Shown here: in pieces, positions 62,777 to 64,000 of the stretch
Layout of the letters: the number at the start of each line of letters is the position of its first letter
Numbering within the stretch: position 1 is the stretch's first letter
From: Octopus sinensis
Taxonomy: Eukaryota
Assembly (NCBI RefSeq): GCF_006345805.1
Contig: NC_042998.1
Coordinates: forward strand, 23,684,001 to 23,748,000
Length of the DNA: 64,000 nucleotides
Direction: 5' to 3'
Notes under the pieces: model-generated
What the model was told of the DNA's origin: nothing
The model's input: only the letters and a program-made list of their open reading frames with translations
Database searches by the model: none
Position numbers and translations under genes: made by a program

Positions 62777-64000
62777 CGGTAACGACGACGAGGGTCCCAG
62801 CTGATACAATCAATGGAACAGCCTGCTCATGAAATTAATGTGCAAGTGACTGAGCAATCCACAGACATGTATACACCTAACGGAGTTCTCAGGGAGATTC
62901 AGCATGACACAAAGTGTGACAAGGCTGGCCCTTTGAAATACAGGTACTACTCATTTTTGCATTGTGAAATAAAGTGTCTTGCTCAAGGACACACTGCGTC
63001 ACCGGGAATCGAACTCACGTCCTTACAATCATGAGCCGAATGCCCTAACCACTAAGCCACGAGGTTTCACAGTACTAGTGCCATGTAAAAAGCACTCCAT
63101 CCACTCTGTAAGATGGTTGATGTTAGGGTGGGTATCCAGATGTAAAAAACCCTGCCAAAACACAGTGAAACTTGGGGCAGTCTTCTGCCTAGCCAGCTCC
63201 TGTCAAACTATCCAACTCATGCCAGCATGGAAAACGGATGCTAGATGATGATGATATATTGAATGAAAAATATGTTATAGGTAGATGCTGCAATATTCCT
63301 ACTGAATAGATAGATGAAGGAAAATATATAAGGTGATTATTAAGTCACACATATTTGAACATGGGCAAAAATCTTTGATCAACTGTAATTATCTTTGCAA
63401 TTAGCAGGCAAAACTCTAGCTAGGAGTTTTTCTCTTGAGATATGAAGCACTTTTAAACAAGCAGATGAAAGAAGACGAAGAAAGTGATAATTAAGTCAGA
63501 TATATGAATATGGGCAAAAATATTTGAACAACTGTGATTATCTCTGTAATTAGCAGACAACTTCAGCTGGAATTTTTGTGCGATACAATGCATCCTTAGA
63601 TGGAGTTTTATGTCTATCAGTTGCTAAGATAATCTCAGTTAATTGTGGTTTTTCAACTCACTTTAATACATATATGAAACCCTGCTGTATTGTTGTTTAG
63701 TAGGCAGAATGATCCCTTTAAGACATTTTTCCTTGGCCATGTTGTTGATAAAAATATGTAGTTTTGCAGAAAAAAATGAGAACTGACAGGTTTAACATGC
63801 TTGTGGTTGTACATCTGAGAATAGAAGCTTGGCAAAAATGTGAGAAAAGGCTTCAAAAAACAACATAAACAAACAAACAAAACTAAAAATAAATAAAGCA
63901 AAATAAAACATTTTATTTTGCATAATGAAAAATTAAATTACTTTAATCACTCTTAAGAGTTCCATGGGATTTGTCAGCTTGTTTCACTATTAAAGCTTAC

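Overview
Eukaryotic, AT-rich, microsatellite-saturated genomic DNA made mostly of interspersed repeats. The repeat landscape suggests an octopus/coleoid cephalopod (inference; not database-checked). No complete host gene is recognisable. The only long coding region is a 5'-truncated but open RTE-clade LINE reverse transcriptase (21867-23732, minus), inserted into the central microsatellite of a SINE. About 30 shorter 3' ends of the same LINE (variable ~62-bp tandem unit, (GAT)n tail) are scattered through the window. Four tRNA-headed SINE groups are present (my labels B, C, D, E). Decayed coding remnants come from two other RTE lineages, CR1, Gypsy integrase, hAT transposase, Helitron PIF1 helicase and a Penelope-like RT. 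Non-autonomous DNA elements include TTAA (piggyBac-type) and TA (mariner-type) MITEs and several fold-back palindromes. Most interesting: (i) minimal hammerhead-ribozyme motifs in four unrelated repeat families, one of them a tRNA-headed SINE-like element with an inverted 3' tail and a 13-bp target duplication, a candidate Penelope-mobilised ribozyme SINE; (ii) tandem MITE arrays with the same 12-bp linker at two loci; (iii) a PHD-like C4HC3 finger inside the RTE ORF; (iv) a loop-less 178-bp perfect palindrome. A TE-poor island at ~12.5-14.5 kb and a few isolated splice-bounded open segments may be host-gene exons but are low confidence. Coordinates of diverged repeat copies are approximate, read by eye.
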